A stretch of 64,000 nt of DNA from Lama glama (GCA_028534125.1 CM052817.1:3970001-4034000), one strand, 5' to 3'; positions 1 through 12,479 are shown, counted from the first letter of the stretch. Notes: a model not told the origin generated them from the letters alone. A program made the numbers and translations.

Positions 1-2422
1 TCAACCCCACGGGAGTAGAGAGTTCCATCTGTTCTGTTCTCATTACCCATGTGCTGGATATGTGCCTGTACATAGTAGGTGCTCAGCCCACATTTGTCAT
101 GAATGAATGAAAGCACAGGGATGAGTCTATACAGAAAGAGAGGCAGGATTGGAAGCTCAGCCTTGTGCCAAGGGACGGGGCCCAGGCAGATACAGAAAGA
201 GGAAGCAGTGGATGGCATGAGATTGAGAGGGGTGGACGGGGGAGAGAGCAGGAGGTTGAGGGAGGGGACTTGGTACTGATGTGGGTGCTTCAGGAGAATG
301 GAGGGGACAGAGCAGAGGAGCCCTGAGGGAGTCAGAGGAGACTGCATGTGTGTGTGGGGGGGGGTCATGCAGAGGGGTCCAGCCTCGTGGTCCTGCGAGG
401 TTGAAGGCCACCAACTCCAGGGTCCCCAGCCTGGCTTGGAGGCTGATGAAAGGGGTGGATCACTGTGTTTGGCCAGGGTAGGGCTAGTTTACTGTGATCC
501 AGGGCATCCTGGAAGACAGGGTGGGTGTTCCAGCAGGATTGACAGTTGGGGAGAATGGGGTGAGGGGGGTCTCCACAAGATCTCAGAAGAGAGGCTCAGC
601 ATGATGATGCTAACATTCTAGAGCACCCTTGAGGCAGGCCCCTGCTAAGGATGAACTGGCCACACCTTGTGATTATGTCCATCTAACAGGCAAGGTTGTG
701 CTTGCCTGGGGCCCCTGCGCTGTCAGGACTCAAGCCCAGTCTGTCCATCTTCCAGCGTCTGATGCTGTAGCCATTCTGCTACAATGAGTGAGAGAGGCGA
801 ACAGGGAAATGGACAGAATGTGGGGTGCTGGGTTCTGGTGTGAGGTATGGGGCACCTGAGCAGACCAAGATGGGTGAGAAAGGACGTGGATGTCAGCCTC
901 CTTCACATCCTGAGGGTCCTTGCATTTACCTGGTCTTTGCACTGGACTTGCACACCTGTGCTGTGAGGTGGACCACTGTGAGAAAGCTGAGGCTGGGATA
1001 GGTTGGGGACCTTCCTGGCCACTGAGCAACCAGGTGGTGGCACAGACAGAGCCCCAGGCCCCTCCTGGGTCCTGCCCTTTTCATTACGACCTGCACGGTG
1101 CTGGGAGAGCACCTTGTGCTCCTTCTTAGGGGCCCATTCTGGGCATGTCTAAAGCCCAGCTCTGGCTCCAGGGACTTCCTCCCACCCACTAGCAAGAAAC
1201 CTCAGGCAGCTTCCTCCTTTCCCAGTCTTTCCCATAACCCCATCCTTCTGCCCCAGCCCCGATTGGACTCTCCTGCCTCCACTGCAGTTTGGGGAGCTGC
1301 CTGGAGCCCCCAGAAAACCAGTTGAGAGGAGGAGAGTGTCACAGAATTGCCGGACTAGGGGAGACCAGCTCCACCTCCCACCTGGGACTTGAACCCCCAT
1401 CTCTTTAGCCGTGGTTACCCTTCCCTCTTTCCAAACGGGTTTTGCTGAGCATCTAGGAAGGCCTGCTGGGGGTGGTATGGGGGGGCGTGGCAGCAGTGGA
1501 AGTTGATCCATACCCACCCCAACACCTCTGAGGCCCCCACTGGGGTATGTGCTCCGTGCAGGGCACTCAGTTCATCAGGCAAGGGGTCAGCCTGGAGGAG
1601 ATGGCAGCTCGCCAAAGAGGGAACAAATAGTTTTTGAATGCTTGCTCTGTGTGAGGCACTGTGTGGGTGGGGGGGGGCGGCGATAATGACTAAGGGAAGG
1701 GGGGTGCTTTTCTGCCTGGCAGGAGGAGGGACCCGCATCTTCCAGCCTGTTTTTTGGAGTGTACCCTGCACTGTTTCTAAATATCACAGGTGAGCATGAG
1801 GAGAGATCACGGAGTTCTGCTTGGAGGAGGCCAGCTACCTCCAGCTATCTCACCCACAGTTCTGCCTTGTTTGTAGGGTGCTGATACTCAAACCGGCCCC
1901 CCAGCTTCTTCCCACGGGTCCAGTTTCGCGCTCCAGAGGGCCCTGGGAACTCGTCTGATCCACCCTCTTCTACCAACGAAGGGGGCTCTTGTCCCTCCTT
2001 TTCTCTTCCCACCCGCCCCAGTGAAGTCTCCCATTCTCCAGATGCGCCACCTTCAGCTGCCGCGCCCCTCCCTTCCCTGTTCTTGTCGCTGCCCTCTGCC
2101 CAGCGAGGCTGCCCATCGGCCCTCTTCTTTTCTAGTCACCCCACCCACGGGCCGTCTCTTTAGTAAGTGAAGTACCTGGGCACGCAAGGTGCCTCGCAAA
2201 CGCTCAGCTGGCCAGTGTCCCCCGCAAACTGGCCATCGCCTGCCTTCCTCCCCAGCTGACGCACCCAGGCACCGAAGGTGCCCACCCGCGAGGCCCGGAG
2301 CGCCGAGGCGCGGCCTCTGCCGGGGTGCGGCTCCACCTGCGGGGTGCTGGGCGGCGGGCGCGCGGCGGGCAGCGCGGGCCACAGGGGCGGAGGAGCGGGC
2401 GGCGCGAGGGAGGGGCCTGCTA

Positions 2423-2576
2423 CGGCGGCGGCGGCGGCGGCCCCAGCCCGCGCAGCCCGGCTCGGCCCCGGCTCGGTCGGCGCAGCGCCGCGCGCGTCCC
2501 CTCCCGCCGCTGCCGCCGCCGCCGCCGCAGCCAGGCGCACCGGCACCAGGCCGCCGCCGCCGCCGCACCGCCGCCG
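2423..2576. repeat. Trinucleotide tracts: (CGG)6 at 2423-2440, GCC-GCT-(GCC)5-GCA-GCC at 2506-2532, (CCG)5-CA-(CCG)3 at 2551-2576
   Basis: Read directly from the sequence. Confidence 0.9.
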
Positions 2577-2783
2577 GGCGCACGGACGCAGCGCGCCCGG
2601 GCCGGCCGGGATGCGCGCCCGGGCCCCGGCCCGCCCCCACCCCCGGCCACCGCCTGCCCGCCGCGCGCTCGCCTGACCGCGGCGACCGCCCCGGCCGCCC
2701 TCCGCCCGTCCCCGGCCGCCCCAGGCCGCGATGCCCGCCCCCCGGGGCCCCGGCGGCCCGCGCCCCTGCTAGGCTGCGGCGGC

Positions 2784-2900
2784 ATGGCCCGCGCGCCCGG
2801 CGCGACCTCTGCGGATTGCATCGGTGTGCGGCGGCGGGGCATGCCCAGGGCACCGGGCACGGCCTTCAATGGGCGAGGACACGGACACGCGGAAAATTAA
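2784..2900 (+). promoter_or_regulatory. Putative upstream ORF (38 aa) overlapping the PPP2R2C start codon out of frame
   Basis: GGCATGG at 2784 and a second in-frame ATG at 2841; stop TAA at 2898-2900 lies downstream of the main ATG (2869). Confidence 0.55.
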
Positions 2901-2938
2901 CCACAGCTTCCTGCGGGACCACAGCTATGTGACTGAAG
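2869..2938 (+). CDS. PPP2R2C: First coding exon of PP2A 55 kDa regulatory subunit B gamma (B55-gamma); 70 nt, followed by a phase-1 intron
   Basis: ATG at 2869 translates to [23 protein letters not shown] plus one extra G, followed by the donor AG|GTAAC at 2939. This matches the B55-gamma N-terminus as I recall it (the paralog B55-beta reads [23 protein letters not shown]). Too short to appear in the ORF track. Confidence 0.95.
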
Positions 2939-3994
2939 GTAACGTACGTGTTGTCTGAGGCCCCCTCCGGCCCGCCGCGGCGTGGGGATGCCGTCGCACC
3001 GAATGCCCTCCGAAGGTTTGGACCGCGCGCTGTGTGTCGTGTCCCCCCCGCCCCACCCTACCCTCACCCCGTCCCGGGTCCCGGAGGGAGGGAGCCTGAG
3101 GGCGCCGGCCTCCGCTGCCCGCTGCCCAGCGGTCCGAGAGGGCAGCGCCCTCCGCGCCAGCCTCTGGCAGGCAGCTTTCCGCCCCCAGGCCCATGGCATC
3201 CTGAATCGGCCCTGGCCCTCATTTTTTAAAAGACCACCTCTGTGGCAAATCTGGTGAAGAAATTCTGGGGCAATTTAGTGGCTTAGGCCATTTCAGCCCT
3301 GCCTGAAGCCCGCAGAATTTTCTAGGCTGCCCGTTCCCCGAAGACGAAGAGGGACCCAGAAAGAAAAAAAAATTTCCATTGCCAGGGTTCCCTGGAGGCT
3401 CACTGTCTTGGGCCCCTCCCTGTGCCTCCAGAGACGGGGTCCCTAGTGGGTGGGGGGAAGGCGGCTGATTTGGGTTTCATCCTTTATTCCTGGTGAGTTA
3501 AACTGAGACAGGAGCAGCTGGCCCTAAACTGTCAGAATTTTCCAAAAACGTGGGACATGCCACCCCAAAAGGCTCCTGCATGAAACCCCCTAAATTGGCC
3601 CTGGAGCTCAACCCCACCCCCCACCCAGAGGATGGTGGGATCTAGGGTCAGCGGCCCTCTCTTATCAGCCAGTAACTTCCAAGGGTCCCTCTGCTCCACC
3701 TTGTCCAGGGAACGGTGGGGACAGCTCACGGGCCGCAGACAGGGGACGGCGGAGTGGAGCCTCCACTGAGGATGGGGAGAGCTAGCCTCCGGGTGTCAGC
3801 ATGCAACGGTGGGGACACTTGCGCTGGAGACCTTCCTGGGTTAGGGACTGTCTGCATCTTCCCTAGGGGCTGCTGGGCTGGCTGCAGAAGTGTGGGTGCC
3901 TCAGTGGGAGGGGCCCTGGGCATTGCGCGCGGAGGGTCTAGGATGCGTGGGAGCCTGTGTCAGGGAACCTGTGTGGGCAGTGACTCGACTCCCG

Positions 3995-4015
3995 GGTGCT
4001 GTCCGCTGCGCTGAT
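3995..4015 (-). promoter_or_regulatory. RE1/NRSE-like element (degenerate REST site)
   Basis: Minus strand reads ATCAGCGCAGCGGACAGCACC; one mismatch to the degenerate consensus NTYAGMRCCNNRGMSAG. Confidence 0.45.
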
Positions 4016-5269
4016 GCCTGGCTGTGCCAGAAATAAGGCCGGGCCGGTAGCCGGAGCCCTGCGGAGGCCGGGGGGAGCCCTGGGTCAGGGCTGGGAGGGC
4101 TCCCAGGAGGCCTGACCCAAGCCAGCGGAGGCTGGGTGTGTAACCTGGGCGGAGAGATGCTGAGGAGTGGCGTTACCCAGCTCCGCTCCCGGAGGAGAAT
4201 CGCTGAGTCACGCTTTGCTGATGGATGTGTGTGTGGAGAGGGGTGAAGGCTCTGCCCTGAGCTAGGGGTTTCCGGGGGCCCAGGGAGCTGAAAGCGGTCC
4301 TTTGTCGCCTGCCTTGGAGAGGCTGAGGAAGGATCAGCATGTGTCCTGGGTGTTCTTTCTGCTGGCAGCCTGCTGAGAGGCAGAGGGGAAAGGCCGCTGG
4401 GTGCTGGCAGGTGCCCCAGTGGTCTGGCTCCAGCCGGGAGAGAGGATCTTGGCAGGTCGTTCTGGTCTGGCTTTGTGGAGGAAACCTCTGTTTTGGCATC
4501 TTTACGTTAAGGAGGAGGGGACAGAGCGCTGGGCTCTGTGATTAAAGTAAAAAGCACCGTGCCTGACCCATTGTGGATGTTTGCAAACCCTAATTCCTTC
4601 TTTTTCCTGTCTCCCCCGCCTTCTTTCCTACATTCACCACCTCTTAGAAGGGAAGAACAGAGGAGGAGTGCATAGTTATCAGAGTAAGAAGTGATGGTTT
4701 TTAACTCTTCATTCATGCAACAAATACTTACGTGTGCCAGTCACTATTTTAGCCCTGGGGACTGGACACAGGTCCTCCCCTGGGCAGCCTGTGTTCTAGG
4801 AGGGAGCCCTGTGATGTAGACGAACCTCTTTTCCCCGTATGTGAAATGGAATTGAATAATCCCATCCCACTTATAGGTTTTGGGGGTTCTGTGTGGATCA
4901 GATGAGAGGGTGGATGGAGGAACCACTTGGAAACTATTAACTGTCAACTGGCAGTCTGAGTATGGTGAGAACCCATCAGGTGCTGGGGCCTCACACGAGC
5001 TCCACATACCCCATTTTATAGTTGAGGAAACCAAGGCTAACCTTTGTCCACATCCCAGACTGAATGCCAGTGTGTGTAGGCCATAGAGCTCTGGTCCTAG
5101 GGATGCAGAGAAGAATCAGACCTAAGGTTCCTACTCTCAGGGAAAGCAGGGTCTAGAAGAGAAAGCAGTAACAATAATTACTAGAATTAAATGAAATTGC
5201 TGGCCTCCCTGCATGGAAACAGACTTTCCCACTGTTGCGTCTTGCTTGCATTTTGTGCTTGGAGCACAG

Positions 5270-5490
5270 AGGAGGTCACAGATTTGGATGTCAGACAGAC
5301 TTGTGTTCAAATCCTGCTTCTGACTCTTCATGTGCTGTGCAACCTTGGACAAGTTACTAAATCTTCCTGAGCTTCACTTGTTCCCTTTAAAGGGAGAAAC
5401 AGTAAGTAGTGACTTATCTTACAAGGTTGTTGGGATGGTCAGTGGTGATGCTCAGAAAGTATCTGGCACAGTGTTTATTGAAAGCATTGC
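5270..5490 (+). mobile_element. MIR SINE remnant
   Basis: MIR core: tcagacagacttgtgttcaaatcctg...tgtgcaaccttggacaagttactaaatcttcctgagcttc. Confidence 0.75.
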
Positions 5491-6483
5491 ACAAATGGCA
5501 TTGTTATCATTTAAGTCTTGTTCCTGGAAGAATGTCACAAGCAAATAGTGGATCCTGGGAGTTTGCAGAAGAGCCAGGTATACAAATTCCTATTCCACAT
5601 GGTCATTTGGCCACAAGCACTCACAACCCCCTAGTGGCTCTGATCTACTTCCTGTTTCCTAAGCAGACTGTTTTTCATTTTTCTCAGGGTATTTGCACTG
5701 GCTTTGTGCACTGCCTGGAACACACACCTCCTTCTCTTAGTTCTCATCCTTTAGGTCTCAAGTTAAATGTCATCTTCACCAGTGGGAGTCTCGCTTGAGT
5801 TTCCTCTTATAAAATCTCAAATATCTTGTGCCCAGTATAGGTTTTGTTAGTCATTCACACCTTGGTATGAATTAGAGCAGCTTTTTTTTTTTTTTCCTGA
5901 ACTCTTGGCTCAGCTCAGCTGAATGGGGACTGTTGTGATCATTAGGCAGGGGTGCAGACCACCATGGGCACAGAGAACTTTGCAGGGATGGGTGGGTGTT
6001 GGGGAGAGCAATACAGTTGAGGTTCTTATGTTGGTGGAAGGACCTAGGCCCTAGAGAATGGGACCTCAGGGATAGGAGAACGCCAGGGAGTCTCTGCTTA
6101 AACTTTTCTCCAGAGCCAGATGTGGCTTCAGGAAGGACTCTTCCTGGCTGTGTTCTCTTGCTGCAGCCCCAGGACTCAGCTTTAGGGTGAGTTAAACAGG
6201 TATTTTCTAGGCTAGCCTGGATCTACAAACTACATCCATCCTCCCTCATGTAGTAGCATTAACCAAGCACATCCTCCTCTGGGTCGGCCCTGGGCAGGCA
6301 GTGATGGACCAAGGTAATCCCATCCCGCTTCCAGTGACTGTTCCAGAATGGATGTGGGAGTCCTTTCTGGAGGTTGAGTGGGAAGCAGAGAGCTGTGGGA
6401 GGCTGGTCCCTTTCTTGTGAAGGAGCATGGACACCCCCTTTGTTGCCGGCAGTGACCTTGAGACCATGGAGGAAGCAAGTCTT

Positions 6484-7119
6484 TTTTTTTTTTTAATTTC
6501 GTATAGTCGATTTACAATGTTGTGTTAATTTCTGGTGTACAGCATAGTGACTCAGTTATGTATCTATATCTATAGCTCTATCTATCTTTTCATATTCTTT
6601 TTCATTACAGGCTATTACAAGGTACTGAATATATACTGAATATATTGAATATATCCTGAATATATTGAATATATCCTGTGTTATACAGTAGGTGCTTGCT
6701 GTTTATCTATTTTATATACAGTAGTTAGAATCTGAAAATCCCAGACTCCCAATTTATCGCTCCACCCCACTTCTTCCCTGGTAACCACAAGTTTGTTTTC
6801 TGTGAGTCTGTTTCTGTTTTGTAAATAAGTTCATTTGTCTCATTTTCTAAGATTTCACATGTAAGTGATATCATATGATATTTTTCTTTCTCTTTCTGGC
6901 TAATTCCACTTAGTATGACAATCTCCAGATCCATCCATGTTGCTGAAAATGGCATTGTTTTACTTTTTATGGCCAAGTAGTATTCCATTGTACGTATACA
7001 CCGCATCTTCTTTATCTAGTCATCTGTCAGTGGACATTTATGTTGCTTCCACATCTTGGCTGTTGTAAATAGTGCTGCTGTGAACACTGGGGTGCAGATA
7101 TCTTTTCAAATTAGAGTTT
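6484..7119 (-). mobile_element. 5'-truncated LINE-1 (ORF2 C-terminus, 3' UTR and poly(A)), antisense to the gene
   Basis: ORF 6725..7006 reads MEYYLAIK...FSATWMDLEIVILSGISQKEK, the L1 ORF2 end. Poly-T from 6482. Degenerate 16-bp TSD (6468-6483 and 7120-7135, 13/16 identical). Confidence 0.92.
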
Positions 7120-8756
7120 GGAAGGAGCAGGTCTTAAGCAACAACACTGTTGCTGGCAGAGCAGATGATGAGTGAGAACTGGGGACATTAGTGACATCTG
7201 TGACTCCTGGATTAACCAGGCCTGGCATCCACCCCATCTCTGTGCTCTAGTTCCATGAGCTGTTGCATTTACTCAGTGTTTCAGACTTTAAGCCAAGTCT
7301 CTGCTACTTGAAGCCAGTTGCACCCTGACTCCTACGGCCGTTTCTGGTGATTGGGAAGACAGAAAGGCTGCCCTGTCTCTCATGACCAGAATATGAGATA
7401 CGTAAAACCAGGAGGGGTGGTGATTTGTTTGCTGTCTGTTTTAGAAATGCTCTGTGATCTCTTTTATGCACACATGTCAGAGCTGCAGTTTGGTTTCCCC
7501 GCCTTGGCCCTAGTGAGGAGGCGTTTCCAGCCAGACGAGGTCTCCCAAGATCGGGAGTCTTGTGTTCCCGGCGGGGACTGCTCTGGGGCTGTGATCCTGG
7601 GCAGCTCTGTCTGAGCCTCAGTTTCTTCTCCAGGTTGTTGCTTAGATCGCTTGGAACGAGGGACGTGCAGTTGTTTGATGCTGGCGCATCTTCTCCGTGG
7701 ACTCCCCACCGTGTGTCGTGAATGGAGCACTCCCAGTGAACTCGTGGCATTTAATGGCTTGGTGTGTGTGATCGTGCCCAGCCCAGGGCCTGGGGCACAG
7801 TCAGTACTTAATAAATATTGTCCATAAATAACAATGCCCATTCTTTAGGGGTTAGAGTTAGACTAGCCCTTAGGACTGTCTTCAGACTGGTAACCCAACT
7901 CCATCTCCGCCCCTGGGAGGTTGGGCTGAGAGGGGAGGTTAGGTGCGTCAGAGACCTAAACCAGTCCAGAGGGAGAGTGGGAGAGGCAGCCTTTGGTTTT
8001 TGAAATCTTTGTTCCTTTTGCTTCTGCTTAGGACTGTCCCTTCATGTGCTTTCCTGGGGTTTCATGACCCCACGTTGTCTCTGTTTCAGACGTCGGGGCA
8101 GGGAAGGAGGCTGCGATGGGACACCGATAGGTGTCCTCCGTTAAGGCACATCGCCTCCTGATCCTCAGGGATCCTGCATTGCTCCCTGCCCTGGGTTGTC
8201 ACAAAGCTCTAAGGAGCAGAGGCCATGAGGACTCCAAAGGTCCGCCCTTGGCCAAGGGTTACTGTTGTTATCAGTTTCCCCAAACTGCCTGTAGGCCAGC
8301 CCTGCGTCCTGAGGTATCAGTCCCCACTTAAAGGCTGGTGCGGTCACACAGTAGGGTTTCCTCATTTTCTTTCTGCAAGATGGAAATTAAATGCTAATAA
8401 AATGTTTCCACATCATCTCCCGATTGTTTTTACTTGCTACAGCTTTGGGGTTTTATCCTTAAAGCCAGCAGAGCTGAGGGATGTTTCTGTATGAGGTGCT
8501 TTAGGCCTTGAGACCCAGAAGTGTGGCTGCCTGAAATGCTGCGGCTTGAGGGGGAGGATTGCAGATTAATAATGCAGGTGAAGAGGAAAGAACAGGCTCT
8601 AGATACGCATTTTTAGCCACTTGCAGTAGCTCCTTACAGTCTTTTTTAATGCCCATGTCTGTTTTTAATAAAAATTGTAACTGTCTATATGAACGACTGT
8701 GGAGGGTACTTTTCTCATTAAGCACGAGGTTATGAGAATGTTCCTGTGCTTTGCTA

Positions 8757-9723
8757 CAGGGCGGGTTTCGTGGGTGTGCAACCCATGAAGGCCCTGTACT
8801 TGGAAGGGCCCCAAGCTTGGTTTAAAGCTCTGCTCTCCCTGTCTTGAAACTGTTAATAATTTTATCTTTGAACCGCGTTTGTGAGACATCTGACGGGACA
8901 GTGGAGCACACGTGTGGGCAGAGGTGACACGTGCGAAAAGCGATTCCACTGCTCCTGCTGAGGCTTCCGTAACATGCTTACCTTGTGTCAGTTTGAGTGT
9001 CACTGTGCTCCCACGTGTCCTGAGGCCACAGAATTTTGTGTTTAGGCACCGATCAGCATGCCCCTGGTTGCATAAGCGGGGACACTGACAGCCCAGGGAA
9101 GCCATGCTTTCGTTTGAACCAGAACTTGTTTTGAATGTGGAAAGAAGCCAGTGACAGTCTAAGAAGCACAAGGACCAAGGAACCCTCTCATGTCCTTCGT
9201 TACTCATGTGACATCTCTGGGCTAGCTAATCACTGATGCTGAAAATGATGGCACCAAAGAAAGGGAAAGATAAGACAGCCATGCTTCCTGTTCCTTCAGC
9301 CCTATTCATCATTGAGCGGAGGGTAGAGATGTGTGTCTAGAATGTGTGAGCATCGAAAGGTGAAATAAAAACAGATGAGTTGGTTTCACAGTGTTCCCAC
9401 CACTCCAGTAGGAACTAGGTCCGTTCGCATGAAGGAGCTACCGGGGACGAATTGTGGTTTTCGGTGATTCTGCGTTCCGGTTCCGTGCTCTGCTATTTGT
9501 ATTTAAAACTGAACTTGCACGATAGAATGAGCGATAAAATTAATGCCAAAAAATTAAACTTTTTCCTTTTTTCCAGTCGGCATTAAATAGCAAATACGTG
9601 AGGCAACGCATGGCGAAAATGAGAACGCTTTGTATTGTTGTACCTTTAATGGCGCTTTTCCCGACTTCTTTTCTCTGCATTTTCAGTTTGCACCGCGCCG
9701 CACAAGTGCTAGAGCTGGCCCTG
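8757..9723 (+). mobile_element. hAT-Tip100 non-autonomous DNA transposon, MER45B-like (~1 kb)
   Basis: Starts cagggcgggtttcgtgggtgtgcaacc...gggccccaagcttggtttaaagctctg and ends tgcattttcagtttgcac...agctggccctg; terminal inverted repeats begin CAGGGC at both ends. Confidence 0.75.
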
Positions 9724-10549
9724 TGTCACGGAAGAGGGAAGCCTGGAATTCCTGGGATGGGGAACTCCTTGGCCCCACCTCCCACCCTCTTGGCTTTTGT
9801 GATTGGTGGAATGAATGAGAACGTGTCGCCCATTGGATAGTTATTTCCCTGTTGGGCGGAGCTACAGTATTAAAGATTCCTACTTCGTCTCCACCATGGG
9901 GCCCCTCACCCCGCAGGCTTTTCCAAGAACTGGCTTACGGTTGCCTCCTTTCAGAGTCCAGCCTTGAGACCTATCTCTCCCCACAGGCCCAAGGGGAGGG
10001 GCAGTGGAGTAGGGGTCCCTAGCTCATCCCCACCCCCACAAGCTTAGCATTAAGACAGATTTTTTTTTGAGGTCCCACTTGTTCTTCCCTGTGAGTTCTC
10101 AAGTCCTAGCAGAGAAGAGGGGTGTGTAACTGGTTCCGTCAGCCCCTGCCCCCAGATTCCATCATTTTATTGGCTGCACACTCTTCCTGTTATAGGTGTC
10201 ATAGTTCAGCTCATCAACCCCAGTTGTCAGATAATTAGGTTGCTTTTTTTCATGTTGTAACTAACACTGAGGGAAGGAATGCTGTGTGTGTAGGAAGATA
10301 CCCGCCCCCTACCTCTGGAATAATTTTCTTCGGAGAGAGCCCTGCACATGCAATTTTATGTAAAAATTATGAACATGTTTAATGTTCTTGACACACATTG
10401 CCAAATTATTCTCCAGAAAGTTTCTCTTTTACCATGTGCTGATAAGTATTAGGTATTCTAATTTGCTTGACCTCTGCAAATAGCATAGGTTAAAAAATTA
10501 TTTTAATTCATATCTGAATACCAGTGAGGTTGCACACTTTTCCCCCTTT

Positions 10550-10690
10550 TGTTCAGCAGACATTTACAGACCCCTCTTACGTGCCGAGGGGATGTTAGGT
10601 GCTGGACATACAACAGTAAAGAACAAAGTCATTCACTCGTTTGTTTAGTCAGCAAATACTTCTGGAGCGCCTGCTATGTGCTCAGCACAG
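10550..10690 (-). mobile_element. LINE-2 3' end remnants
   Basis: cattcactcgtttgtttagtcagcaaatacttctggagcgcctgctatgtgc, a typical L2 terminus. Confidence 0.6.
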
Positions 10691-11419
10691 AAGCAGCCCA
10701 CGTCCCTGGGGCAGGGAGGGTGAGGTAGGGGAGGGAGGAAAGGGAGAAGAGAGCTGAGGCCAGGGTCCCAAGGGGCACCAGCATCTTAACAGGAGAGCTT
10801 TGCAGTCACAGACCCAAAGGAGTCCTGGGAGTGAAGGGGAGAGGGGCTGGCAGAAAGAAGGGTGGGTCCCCAGCCTTAACCACTGCCCTGCTGTCCGGAC
10901 AAGCTCGGGAGCATCTCTCGGACCCTTCCTCTCTGGGGCGCCCATACCCACTCAGCACCTGGTCCCCATGGGCTCTGTTTGGTGATGCTGTCTTCCCACG
11001 AGCCTTCATAGTCTCCACCCCTGGTTCTCCCTTTTGTCATGGAGAAGAGGTTCTCTCTGGTCCTTGATCTCCAGGATGGCTCCTCGCCCACCTGACACCC
11101 CCTCCCGAGTCTTACTGCTCAGGTCCCAAAAGGCACTGCTTCTAGAGCCCCACACTCTTGGTTTCATTTTGTGGACACAAGCCAGGCTGTGCCCTTGAAA
11201 CGTGGGCCACCTCTTCCAGGGTCTTGGATACCTGTGAGGGTGGGCTGACCCAGGGTGGAGTCTTGGAGTTGCTGGTGGAATCTACGAGCCCCACAGCTCC
11301 CTGGGGAGTCCTGTTAGTTAAACCAGGTCCTACAAAGAGACCCCTCACCAGTCAACCCTCCCGCAAAATGACCCATCTGGTCTTTAGCATTAAATAATTT
11401 TAGAATAAACATAATAGCC

Positions 11420-11610
11420 ATTATAATAATTGACCATTTTTTGAGCACATCCTCACACCAGATGTGATGCTAAATGCGTCATCTTATGGGATCCTCACAA
11501 AACCCAGTGTGTGTGTGTGTGATCCCCATTTTACAAGGAGAAAACTGAGGCTCGGGCACTTGCCCAGCATCACATGGTTTGTAAGGAACAGAGCTGGGTT
11601 TTGAATGTGG
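11420..11610 (-). mobile_element. MIR SINE remnant
   Basis: ccccattttacaaggagaaaactgaggctc...acttgcccagcatcacatgg. Confidence 0.75.
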
Positions 11611-12479
11611 GCCACATGCTTTCAGAACCCACACCCCTGACCTCCACGTTGCCTGGTCGGAGCAACGAGGCAGGGGCCGGTGGCCCATTCAGTGCTGGTT
11701 TTGCATCTGGCTTCTTATGATTTGAACCCAGGACTGCCTGGCACGGAGCATGTGCTGGACACACAGCACTGCATCTGTCACAGCCACGTGTGGGTGATGG
11801 CACTCCAGGTGGGTCAGTGGGATAAGGGATCCCCTCCACTGCATCGGTAGCTGGGGAGGGGATGGCCCTAGCTCTACAGGGGACAGGTGCTTTGGCACTG
11901 AAGGGAGAGGCATTCCCAGGTTTACAGCGATGGCATGTTAGGATACAATATTCTAGTACCTTCCAGGCAGGAGGAATAGCATATGCAAAGTGACATGTGC
12001 TTGTCCCCTGACAGCGTTTGAGCTCCTCTGCCTGAGCCCAGAATGTAGTTGCCAGCCTGCTCCGGGGACCAAGGCCCACCTGGGAGCCGCTGTGCAGCCC
12101 AGGACTGGCACTGCCTCCTTGCACAGCGGGATCCATTGTCCTCCAAAACCCCAGGCTGAATGGCACATTGAGGCAGAACAAAGGATTCTCAGAGGCTCCG
12201 GCTGCCCCAAGCAGGGATGGGATCTCCAACTGCAGGCCCAGGTTCTCCTCTGGGCTGCCTGGCCCCCTGCATCCTCCTGTCCCCTGGCCCCCATGCCCTG
12301 CAGAGCTTGCAGCCCTGACCCGTGGGGCTGCCGGGGCTGAGCTCCGGTCCGGCCCAGCTGTGAGCTTTTTGCAGTTTCATCAGCCCCTGAAGCACCTTCC
12401 CTATCTGTATTAAGTAAAATAATGTACGCATTGTGCTTACATTTCAGTAAAAGAGAGCTACTCGTATTATCATTATCGG

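Larger units (their letters stand above)
2140..3200. promoter_or_regulatory. CpG island: promoter and 5' UTR of PPP2R2C
   Basis: Very high GC and CpG density, GC box GGGGCGGAG near 2384, CGG/CCG tracts; spans the first coding exon. Confidence 0.9.

Noticed and set aside
2053..2932. Long overlapping ORFs (128-266 aa) on both strands
   Set aside because: Ala/Arg/Gly/Pro-rich frames caused by stop-codon scarcity in a CpG island. The real CDS is the 70-nt exon at 2869-2938.
6725..7006. 93-aa ORF
   Set aside because: C-terminal remnant of L1 ORF2, not a host gene.
11570..12229. 219-aa minus-strand ORF
   Set aside because: No recognisable domain; runs into a MIR; chance ORF in GC-rich intron.
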